A DNA stretch of 64,000 nt, taken from Tubiluchus corallicola. Its lineage: Eukaryota; Animalia; Priapulida. Where the stretch lies: contig JAQGDQ010001078.1 in assembly GCA_030141605.1 (NCBI GenBank), forward strand, positions 791-64,790, written 5' to 3'. The translations under genes and the position numbers were made by a program. Shown here piece by piece: positions 38,401-49,900 of the stretch (positions are counted from its first letter, which is position 1; every line of letters begins with the position of its first letter). The notes beneath the pieces were generated by a model, which saw nothing but the letters and a program-made list of their open reading frames with translations, was not told the DNA's origin and did no database searches.

Positions 38401-39016
38401 AATTATTAAGTGTAGTAAGGCTTTAGTATAAAAACAAGTGTTTTTATATGCTGAAAATGCACATGCAAAAAGTGACAGATTCCCAAATATTGCTAAAACC
38501 ATTTTTTACGAAGAATTTACTGTAGTAAACAATTCCTTATTGTACTAACGACGTTTTGAGAGCACAATTGTTCTCCTCTTCACATTACTATAACATGCAA
38601 TCTAAAAAGTTTGAAAATTCAAATATAGATATAAGAATTATCATTTAGTCAAGAGCTGCCATGAATCACAATAAATGACACATATACGGTATTCTGTGTT
38701 AAAGAAGCCAACTTATTTACACGGTTACTCGTGTAACTCACCTAGTTTTGAAGTAAGAGTGTAATGAGTAAAAGAATCACAGAAAATTCTTAAAGCTCTT
38801 TAAAATGAACTTTGAGAAATTTTAATACTAGGTGATGTAAACGAGTGATAGTGTAAATAACATTCAGCATTAGTTCATCCCTGAACATTGAAAATAGTGT
38901 ATTGTATTAATAGACATAAATATACCTAGCACTGCTGCTGCATCACAAACACGCGTAATTGCAGCAATCACTAAAAAGCCAAACAGAGCGAGTCTTCTTT
39001 CAGTCGCCATCACCAT
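35454..39016 (-). pseudogene. Disrupted secreted protein gene: signal peptide - EGF - short collagen - Gly/Tyr-rich repeats
   Basis: Exon 39016-38926 MVMATERRLALFGFLVIAAITRVCDAAAVL (GT donor, phase 1); EGF exon from 38314 DDCTRNPCKNGGVCTDTDGSQNGVFTCTCTSPLT* (TGA where Gly is expected, 6th Cys missing); 54-nt exon 36708-36655 GCPICRTVEGPPGPPGPPG; open frame 36050-35457 of (DGYG[K/E]ERGY)n, with stops in adjacent coding-like sequence. Confidence 0.6.
35530..36040 (-). repeat. 27-bp coding-type minisatellite (DGYGKERGY units)
   Basis: atagcctctctcctttccataaccgtc, about 17 units plus 12-bp insert variants (SGRR/GERR). Confidence 0.9.
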
Positions 39017-39089
39017 TTCTGGAGACGCAGCTTTACTGCAAGAAATTGTGCAGAACTGTATAAATTTATTGACGATCTAGCACAGTACA

Positions 39090-39447
39090 AAAAACCTTTT
39101 CACAGTTTCACTGTAATTGCTGTAGGTCAAAGGTTAAGTGCACCACAGCAACGTGTCTTAACTACAAGCGTCACGTGACATGTGGGTAAAGCAAAGCTTA
39201 CTGCCGTATCGGTTCAGTAAATTTAGTTGTTTTACGTGGACTTTACTTAATTGAGCACTAGTCTATGCGTACAGTGATTTACTAGCAGGATCTTGCTTGG
39301 GAACAAGAAAAAATGAACTAGGTGAGATTCTAGCTGGGTGTTACAACATCATGGGCTGCGAGGCGTAGTCAAGTGTACACAAATGCAATGCCTGGTACAC
39401 TTAACCTTTGACCTTTTCACGACCATCATTAATCGCTGGAACTGTGC
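39090..39447. repeat. About 350-bp element with internal 22-bp inverted repeats; inverted copy at 44161-44540
   Basis: aggtcaaaggttaagtgcacca (39124) / tggtacacttaacctttgacct (39393); collinear reverse-complement similarity with the 44.2-44.5 kb segment. Confidence 0.7.
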
Positions 39448-40749
39448 AATCACAATACATTACAAAACAATGCAATATATTATGATAGCTAAATATTACA
39501 ATTATATTACATTATATTGTGTTATATTACAAAATTTATTCCGTTTTCAAAGTTCCAGAACATAACAGTTTCAGAAATGAAATTACAATTTTCAAAGAAT
39601 TTATGTAAGAATTCAACAAAAACTTTGTTTAAAACACAAATTGCTTAGATTAGTGAAGAATGTAAAGCAGCTTAGGCTACGACTTATGCAAGACCATCAT
39701 AATTACAATATTATACATAATTTACATGTAATAAGAAGCAATATTTGAAAATATTTATAAACTGGTACGTAAATAATATTATTAGCTGTGATTAAATTAC
39801 GATTATCGAAAATTTTAATCATTTCAGGATGCGAATCATCAATAAGTTTTGAACTAAAAATAACAGTGAAAAGTTTTTACCTACCTTGTTTGCAGTAACA
39901 ATGTCCTAAGAGTGAAACGTTAAGAGCTCCACGAACTTTCTCACCTGCTAAATGATTTCAGATGATCACCTCATTTGGTCAGAAGGTTAAAGTGGAACTA
40001 CATACTTTACCTTTTTGACATATTGGTGCTAATTACGATGTTCGCTTTGTTAATTACGCTATAGGTTAATTACAACGAGAAAGTGAGCACAAGTTTGCTT
40101 ACTGAAATGCATTTAAGAACAACGAATCATGAAAATGTTTCACACGAATTTTTTTAAGACTCAGTCGGTCGGTCATTCAGTCAGTCCTTCAGTCGGTCAG
40201 TCAGTTTATGATAGTTTGTCAGTTTTAGTTTTTGTGTGTCGGGGCTTGTTTGTACTGTTGCTTATGCAGTGAAACTGTCAGTGAATCAGTCAGTTTGTTG
40301 GTCGGTCAGTCAGTAGTAGTTTTAGTTTTTGCATGTCCGAGCTTGTTTGTACTGTGTCTTATGCAGTGCAACAGCCAGTGAATCAGTCAGTTGGTTGGTC
40401 GGTCAGTCAGTAGTAGTTTTAGTTTTTGCATGTCGGGGCTTGTTTGTACTGTGTCTTATGCAGTGCAACAGTCAGTGAATCAGTCAGTTGGTTGGTCGGA
40501 TGGGCGGAACGTGACAACAAAATGGGAATCTCCTCTTTTTGATGGCCACTGAGCTTAGAATGACACCTGCGTGTGCGGGGGGGGGGGTAATATGCGCACC
40601 TAAACAGTAAACTGCGTCATGCAATATTTGCCAAAAGCCTGGAATGGAGAAAACCCGTTTATGGAGGGGGTCCTGAGTTGGGTGCATTGAGTTCATGCAA
40701 GAAACTTTTGCTATAAATTTTCTGTAACGTCATGCGTGAATGAGTACTA

Positions 40750-41097
40750 AGTGAATGAATGAATGAATTAGTGAATGCATGAATGAATGAATTAGTGAAT
40801 GCATGAATGAATGAATGAATGAATGAATGAATGAATGAATGAATGAATGAATGAATGAATTAGTGAATGCATGAATGAATGAATGAATGAATGAATGAAT
40901 GAATGAATGAATGAGTGAATGAATGAATGAATGAATGAATGAATGAATGAATGAATGAATGAATGAATGAATGAATAAATGAATGAATGAATGAATGAAT
41001 GAATGAGTGAATGAGTGAGTGAATGAGTGAATGAATGAATGAATGAGTGAATGAATGAATGAATGAATGAATGAATGAATGAATGAATGAATGAATG
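40750..41097. repeat. (TGAA)n microsatellite
   Basis: Direct reading. Confidence 0.95.
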
Positions 41098-42299
41098 CAG
41101 CAGAAAATCTTTAGCGTCTCGTGATTTGTGCCATTAGGGAGGCAACCGTATTCGGGGAAAGAGGACCGCAAAAGTGGTATCAAAGACGGAAGCCGCTCAG
41201 AGACAGCCCATATGTAATTCATAACATAAAATGAAACTAAAAAAGCCCCTAAAGGCTTCTTTGTAGTATAAACAATGTTAGAAAAGAAAATAATGAAGCA
41301 GGCATAGATAACAGTATAGTTTTAACCAAAGCTGGACAACTATGGATCTTAAAGATTATTAAAAAATGACGACAAAGCTTGTTCGCAAAGTTTGCTGCAA
41401 ATTTTAGCAAGATCGTCGACATTTGTGCCTAAAGTTTTTACATTACCTTGTTGTAAAACGACCTCACAACGAAAAATGAACCACAAACTTCCTCCACGAT
41501 CTCGAAGTTCTGGTAACGGACGTTAGAAGACCACCTCATTTTAACGTTAGAAATTAAAATTGCTCTATATGCTTAATTGCTACTTTTTGTTTGACAAGTC
41601 AGTGCTAATGGAGGATTGCCCTTCTAATTACGTCACAAGTCAGACTGTGAGAGTGCAATTAGAAAATCGGCAAAATTCTTGCTCCGAGGCACAAGTACAA
41701 TGCGCACTTCTTAGAGATTAGTGTTACCTAAAATGTTAAATAAAATTACTTGTGCTCAATACAGACATTTTTTGTATAGTGACCAATGCATAGTACATTT
41801 TTGCATAATGTTCTGGACCGGGTTCGATGGCTTAGTGGTCTAAAACTACAAATTGCAGACAAGCTTATTACTGTATTACTAACATGTTTATTGGCGACTT
41901 ACAATCCATACAATTACAATTGTAATTACGAGTTACAAAACATTACATAAACAATGCAGTACATTACAATGAGGTCAAAAACAATTTCACGAATATGGTA
42001 ACTGGACATGTGATGTGATAATAGGCCCCATTAAACATAGCCCATTGGACGCTTGTCGAATGTTTTGCAGAACGGCAGAGAAATGGGTCTTACACAAGAA
42101 CAGTCTGCTTTGTGGGGACTATTAGGGTCTTTCTGGACAACCATAAACCGAATCTACGTCTAGACCTATACGATTCCGAGGCAGTGGAATTTAATGGCTA
42201 AAGCCTTTTTCCACTGAATATTAATTGTCAAAAATCGTTAAATGGGCAAGTACGATCTACAGCATGAACCAGTAATTAGGACTTGGTCTTGTCACATCT

Positions 42300-42727
42300 A
42301 ATGGTAGACAATGGCAGACAATGGCAGACAATGGTAGACCATGTTAGACAATGGTAGACAATGGCAGACAATGGAAGACAATGGTAGACAATGGTAGACA
42401 ATGGCAAACAATGGTAGGCAATGCAGACAATGGAAGACAATGGTAGACAACGGCAGACAATGGAAGACAATGGTAGACAATGGCAGACAATGGTAGACAA
42501 TGGAAGACAATGGTAGACAATGGCAGACAATGGTAGACAATGGAAGACAATGGCAGACAATGGCAGACAATGGCAAACAATGGTAGGCAATGCAGACAAT
42601 GGAAGACAATGGTAGACAATGGCAGGCAATGGAAGACAATGGCAGACAATGGTAGACAATGGCAGACAATGGAAGACAATGGTAGACAATGGCAGACAAT
42701 GGTAGACAATGGCAGACAATGGTAGAC
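42300..42727. repeat. 10-bp minisatellite (agacaatgg[c/t/a])
   Basis: About 42 copies. Confidence 0.95.
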
Positions 42728-42876
42728 CATTCCGAATAAAGTTTTTAGTACTTGGTTTCAAATTTTGAGACATTAGCCTTACTATTAAACGCAATTTCAA
42801 TGTTCTATTTGCCAAACTTCACTGTCATTTTTTTAACTTTTCTCTTCGGATTTAATAACATTCGAAACATTCTTAA

Positions 42877-43212
42877 AGGAAAACCGGCTGATTGTGTAAA
42901 CACGAGTTCAGAATAAAGAATACTGTAAAATATTGAAAACTACAATAGTTTTTTATAAATCAAAGCTTAGATTAAACAATAATTATTTCGGGTACTCAAA
43001 TTTCGTTAAACTTTCAAAGCTACGCGCGGCTCAATGAATCTACTAAGATTGGCAGCGGCACCCTTTTGTCACGTGCGCGTCGCCGACAAATAGAAGGTGG
43101 TACCGTGATAAGCATGATCATGAACTGTTGTGTTAGTTTCTGACGTCATATGATGTAAAGCCCATTTTTCGTGACATCATGCGTTTAAACAGTAACACTT
43201 AGCAGTCATCCT
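42877..43212. mobile_element. Kolobok-like MITE family A, internally deleted inverted copy
   Basis: ttaa|AGGAAAACCGG... reverse complement of about 720-971; ends cct|ttaa. Confidence 0.65.
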
Positions 43213-43788
43213 TTAAGGCAATCTGTTCTGGTTTTCAAAATTCTACCAGAAGGTCAACTTTTTATGCCATTGGATCCACCCAAATTGAAACAGGTAAACT
43301 AAATTTTTTGTACAAAGAAAAAGGAATATTAGCAAGTGATGGGCTAATTTTGAAATCCATTGAAATTAATAAAGGGCAGAACTTCTTCCTCATAAACAAT
43401 TTATCAGTTTTCTCTGCCAAAACAGTAATAAAATTTCATATACGAACTCCTTGTTTTTTCCATTGAAAACTATGCACTAGTCCAGCCTCCATTTACTGAA
43501 TATTGTGTATACTTTACACAGTTGAAAAGCAAAAACATGACAAGGAATGTGAATTGCAAATCCAAAACTTGCCAGCTGAGTGATAAGTAACAGAAACCGT
43601 TTGAGGAACAGGATCAATGTGTTCCTCAATCATTTTTCATTGCATAATAAAACTAAGAGAGTAACGTAAATACTAGCGGAATGAAAAGTCATCAAAAATT
43701 TTATAACGTTGTATTCACAGATGACACATTTCTTGACATTTTGCAATGCTAAACTGGTCACGTGACTTCACGAGGTGGAATTTTCTTA

Positions 43789-43937
43789 CTATTTCCAAAG
43801 CCACATTTCATCACCCAGCAGTTCAGCTAAATCTTTGTTAAATGAAGAATAGAAATTGTCAAGTAACAGCCTGGTAGAATTAAACAAATTCACTTTCCTT
43901 CTGAACTTGTTTGCTCTTACTGTCTTCACATTGTTAT
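43789..43937 (-). CDS. CHST15-like exon 8 (terminal)
   Basis: NSTRLLLDNFYSSFNKDLAELLGDEMWLWK-stop. Confidence 0.9.
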
Positions 43938-46900
43938 CTAAAAAAAAAGAAATTTTATAAAATGTGTTTGGTGAGAACCACTAGTTGCTATGAATACCTG
44001 TTGAGTCAGAAAAGTTTTGGTAAGTCATAAAAACAGGTAATGTGGATAGGTCGTCCAGGTAGCAACCAAAGAGCTTACTACCTGATAAAATATAACCGTT
44101 GCAAGGATTCGAGTTGTACACAACCATTTGTTACATTAAACTATTGTTGGATAAGCCTTTACACAGTTCCAGCGATTGATGATGATCGTGAAAAGGTCAA
44201 AGGTTAATTGTATTACACAACGAATTTGTGTACACTTGACAACGCCTGCCCATGTTATTGTAAAAGTAACAGTTTTAACAACTAGGTAGAACCTTACCTA
44301 GTTCATTTTTTCTTAGTGAATTCCCGAGCAACATCCTGCTAGTAACTCATTCTATGCACAGACTATTGCATGTTAAGTAAAGTTCATGTAAAACAACTGA
44401 AGTTACTGAACATTGGTTTAGTAGACTTTGGTTTACACACATGTCAAGTGACGGATGTATTTAAGACGCGTTGCTGTGATACACTTAACCTTTGACCTAC
44501 AGTAACTGCGCGTGCGCATAAAGAAACTGTGAAAAGGCTTATTAGTTAGTATTCTATCTTATGTAGCCTGGAAGCCTCGTGCGTCTCGCACAACCGGAGA
44601 CTTAAAGAGATCAGAGCCAAAGTCAAGGTCCTCCAACACATCTTGTAGATGTCTCATAAGCGTCTCTTTTGAATACCCATTAAACTGATAGTTATGGTCT
44701 TGGATCATTTTAGCTCCCACTCTGCCCTTCACCACAATTTCTATATATATATATATTCATTGGTGTTGAAGTCGAGTGAGTTTCCAGACCCCATCTTCTC
44801 CCATCACACCTCTCAAGGCTGCTGGCTCATGATACTGAGACAAACGAATATGGAATACGGAGGGCTTGAAAAATCCATTATTGATTCAGCAATACTGTAC
44901 TTTGATATTTTACATTGTTACTCGATGTTTTTGCACAATCTGTTTTATTTCATCTTGTACAAGATGGTAAGCTGGTGTTTATACAAAACAGGTTAGTTTT
45001 GGATGGTAACTTTAGTTGGGTAAAACATGCTAACGTTCCCACATCTCGTAACTTATTTTACAATAGCAAGATCTAGTGTTACGGCATAGTGCAACGTATT
45101 CGACATAACACCTTTAGTGTAAAGGAGAAATAAAAATGCCTATAAAAAGGAAAATATTTAAACGAATTAAATGTGCGCATTTTTGTTCATTTGTAACAGA
45201 AGTTTTCATTTTATACGTGCAGCAAAACTTTGTATTGACCTGAAAACGTTTTCACCTTTTAGTTCCAAAAACTTGTAGATTCGCTGAATCGTGGACTGAA
45301 AGTCTTTTATTGTGTCTTCAAAGCGGAGAATCAGTATCTGATCTCTAGGAAAAATACGCAGATAATGCCGTAGATATGCCACATAGCAACCTTTGAACAT
45401 GCTACGTCCCTGTGTAGAAAAAAGAGATTCTGTCAAAAAAAGAATTAAACCAGAATGAGGTAAAAATCAAAATTTTAGGGCTTGTTCATGGCGTCTTTAA
45501 CGTGACGTTAGCGAAAAGTGACGCAAAGTCAGATGAGAAGGTAACACAAGAGCGATTCAAGACATCGAATACAGGGCAAGGCAATTGGTAAGGGGGGGGC
45601 GAGATAAGACAGACGAGACAAAGAAAGATCAGGTAATAGAACACAAACCAAGGGCAAGCAAGGCAGCCCAGCGCATGTTGAGCGTGGAAAGCAAGGCACA
45701 GCTAGGATAGGCAATATAATGGCAAGGCAAACTAATGCAGCTGACAAGAAACATTGTATTGAATAAACTGAATAGCCTATAACAAACAACAATGGTCAAA
45801 CACACAAAAACATACCTCTATAAAATGCTTTGACTTAAACATTGTTCCTTAAAAGAAACCAACGAATTAATGAACAAATGAATTATGAAAAAGTTTGTGA
45901 AAACAAACGAAGAAGTACGAATAAAGATTAGAATAACATAAAAAATTAATAATAAATTAACAAATGAATAAAGAAATATGGTAAATAAACAAGTAAATAA
46001 ATTGCTGACTCATTACTTTTTGCAAGGCTACTGCGTTTTCATATTGTTATGGAGGCACCTGTGTCGGGTCAGGTATAGGGCCCTCTGCACGCCCTGCTTT
46101 CACGTCAGCAGCGACTCACCCCTTCCTTGTAGGTCCAGACGTCTTGTTTGGGCCGACACGTGGTGTGAGAAGCCAGCTGACCTGGAATGCCAGTATAAAA
46201 GCGTGTAGAGGTCACTACAGCCTTGATTTCTGACACAGGTGCTCCTCTGCTTTGTATGTGTGTGTATCTGTTGCTTACTTAAGTTAGTGTTTTTTGTGTT
46301 TCTTATTTCCCCTTTTTTGTTATTAGTGCTGACAATAAAACTTGTTACAGTATTAATGTGCAGTGGCGCCGTGCAATGGGGGCCCGGGGGTGTGTGGGGT
46401 ACTGCCCCACAATTGTTTATAAAATGTCAAAAATTTGGGGAGTTTCGGCGGCTTGTAATGAGGCTTGTAATGAGACCAACAAGCTGTAAAATTTTTAGGA
46501 ACGGTGAAATCTCCCACAGTAGGCATGATATGCGGTTATATACACACATAGGTATGATTATTGATTGAATCTAATGCCTAATTGTTGTATTGATTATCCT
46601 CTGCTCTTGTGGCTATGCCGCTAGGTAATTGGCCATTGGCCCCTTGCACTGGACCAATGATATTGCTTCCCCCTTTCCTATATAAACACTTGCAGTGTTG
46701 GCTTAGAAAGCCGATTCTCTCTGATTAAATTGTGGTGGATCTCCTTACACTTTTTGTCATTATGTCAAAAAAATTTAGTCATTATCAACAGTCAAGTAAT
46801 TTTTAATTTTAATTATTAACAGTAACTCGCACAGTTTATGTTTTTTCAATGTAATATCAATTTATATGTATGTTTGAGTTGCTGTGGAATAAATTCATAT

Positions 46901-49900
46901 TTCAATAATTAAATTAAAATTCTGTAGCTATAGCTTTAAATTAAATGCCAGTTGGGAATAAATAAATCGTTTTTCTTGCACGCAAAATACTGGTGAGAGA
47001 ATTCAAAATTATACGTTTTTTAAACAGTTAAATTCGGCCATTATATACAGTCGGGCCTCTCTATCTTTTGGTGCACAACGCCCCTGTTAATCTGTGTTCT
47101 ATTTTATGACATTTGTGTGTGCTAGATGACTTAAATAGTTAACTACTAATTTAGAAAACATTTGTAATTAAGAGAATTTCATTAGTTAAATAAATACAGT
47201 AGGGAACAGGTATAGAACATGGACCAACATAATACGGAAATTAAAGACCTCTATGCTATCCTGGAATTCTCGAGTCTCGAGCCAAGTCGAATTCACTCCA
47301 ATATAATATAATTTCATATTCGCGTAATGATTTTCATAAATAACCTATTGCAGAAATACCTGAATTCTAAAATCTTCATTATAGACACATGGGTATTTCT
47401 CGAAACTGTCTGGCTTCATTATCTTGGTGCAATTGCGATAAGCGGCAATTCCCTTTTCAACGTCTTCATGAATTTTTTGTGGAGTGATGGAATCCTGAGC
47501 CAAGTCGCTGCGATACCATGAAATGAGTCTATGTGAAGTGAATGGGATGATTACAAACAGAAAAAATCTGAACGAGTTAAAAACGTTATTCTTTTATAGT
47601 GCTGAATTTTCTAATGCAAACTGAATAGAAGCCGATAATCGTCAACAGGGTAGTTGAAAATTTGTCTTGATAATAATAACACAGGAAATAGGAGGTTCAT
47701 CTGTCATCTCAACAGATACAAGATTGCCTATGCCATGCTGACACACCCAACACATTCAAGAAGCTATTCCTACCAAATACCCAATATAGTTTTAAATGCC
47801 ACACTTTGGAGTATTTAATAAAACTCTGAAAAAACAATTTAAATGTACGATGTACAAACCTAATGGTACAACATGAATGTACATAAACACAAATTTAAGA
47901 CAGTTGCATACGCATGTAGTATTTAGTTTACATGCGTGATGTTAGTTATATATGCTGCCCTTCTACTCTTCCTGTGTGATCTAACCCCAGTTCTTTTTTT
48001 GTTCACTCATCCATTCTTTTTTCATCAGGTTCACATGACAGTGGGCATATACAAGCCTTTGCTTCTCTAACCCACTGCAGTACAATTAATCTTTTATGAT
48101 AACGATAGTGTATGAAACATAACAATTTAATATAGTAGATGTAATAATTTTGATGTCACTGTGTGCTTTATATTGTACTGAATGTGATAATAATAATGAA
48201 TAAAAAATAATAAAAAAAATTACAGTTCGTTTATTTTCAATTTTAACACTTACATTCGAAAACTGACACATTTTAAAACAAAATTACAAGCAATTTGGAG
48301 AATTTCTGAATCGTTTGAGCCTCATGGTAATTTTAGTTTGTCATAATCTAATCAGTAGGTAAAGTTTGTACATATATAGAGCAAATTTCCGTATTAATGG
48401 TGTTTCTTAGTTGTTCATATCTACTACAGTGCAAGAGCAAATGTGTTTTGTCTTCTATTTCTTGTTTGTTTGGGTCGCATTGTGTACAGTATCTTTCATT
48501 GGCTGGGACATCATTAGGTTTACGATGTCTACCGGTTTCTATTGCAAGTGAGTGGGAACTAATACGTAGTTTTGTAAAAGCTATTTTCGCATTGTGGGTT
48601 ACAGTATTAATTTGTAAATGATTTTCTAAATCATAGCATTCTTTAACTTTGTAGTAGATTCCTAATTTGTTTACATCGTTGTTATTAGTGCTGTGTGTTT
48701 TTTTAATTTCTTCCTTTCATTTTTTAAGATACATGTATTGGAGTTTCTGTTTAACACTGTATAGTAAGTATTTGTTGCTTACAGTTCCTTGGTTTTTCCC
48801 ATACATGATCGAAACAAATGGGACCGAAGTCATTCTTTTCTCCCGTAAATCCAATGTTCCTGAATATCCTACTCTATATTTATCTAATACTCCACCGAAA
48901 ACAGTAAATGTTCTCAAACACTTAGGTATCCATCTTACATCTGATCTGAACTGGAACTATCACGTCTCAAACATGGTAGACAAAGCAATTTAAGCTAAAC
49001 AACTTTCGACGAGTGTCAGTTTTTTTCTAAAGTTTTTTACTCTTCATTAGATGTAAAAAGTAATGCTAGCAAAGAACAAATATGGATTGTAAATTTCATT
49101 AAGTAAGTTATATGAGCTCTAGAACGTAACTGTTTTGATTTTTTGACTGGAATGAGTTGTACGTCATAGTAACATATTTTACTCTCACTTGATTGTATAT
49201 ATTCGCGTTGTTTACTAATCTTGTTAATTAATGATACTTTGTTTGTTGATCTCTTTGTTTATTTGATGTGATTGTACCACGAGCACGAATAAAAATTATA
49301 TATAAATAGGTTCATACCTATCAGTTGGATTTCGAAAAGTGACAATAAGCCTTGCGGATGGAGTTAACCAGTGCATGTCATCAGCAATGTATTGATACAC
49401 GCCATTAACACTTTGACCAGCAAGATAGTCACGCATAAGATCTCCTGCGCCGTCAAGATAGTCAGGTGTAAAATCTCCTGCAATTTAAAATCAGCAAAAT
49501 CAAAGTTCTCGTGATCATTATGCAACTTTCAGTCATCATTCTGTATCTAAAGGCAAAATCTGCTGCTTCCATGTTCTGTGCGGCCACTTTAAGAAAAAGC
49601 CAAAACATTAAGTTCATTTACCTTAGATAATAAACATCGAAAAAGAATCTTACATGATTAATACCACTCACTACGAAGCAGGGGCGTCGTGCACCCAAAA
49701 AAATTGGGGGGGGGGCGACTATAATGGCGGATTTTAACTGTTTAAATTTGAATTTGAATTTTTTTAAAATTTAATTTTGAAAAAAAATAAACAGTATTTT
49801 GCGTGCAAGAAAAACGATTTATTTAACATGGCATTTAACTAAAAGCTATAGCAACGGAACCTTAATTAAAACTAAAAAGTAAATTAAAATTTAATTAAGT

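Noticed and set aside
46010-46200. Additional sulfotransferase exon (CLHNN...)
   Set aside because: Contains a stop and overlaps the solo LTR; exons 6 and 7 join in phase without it.
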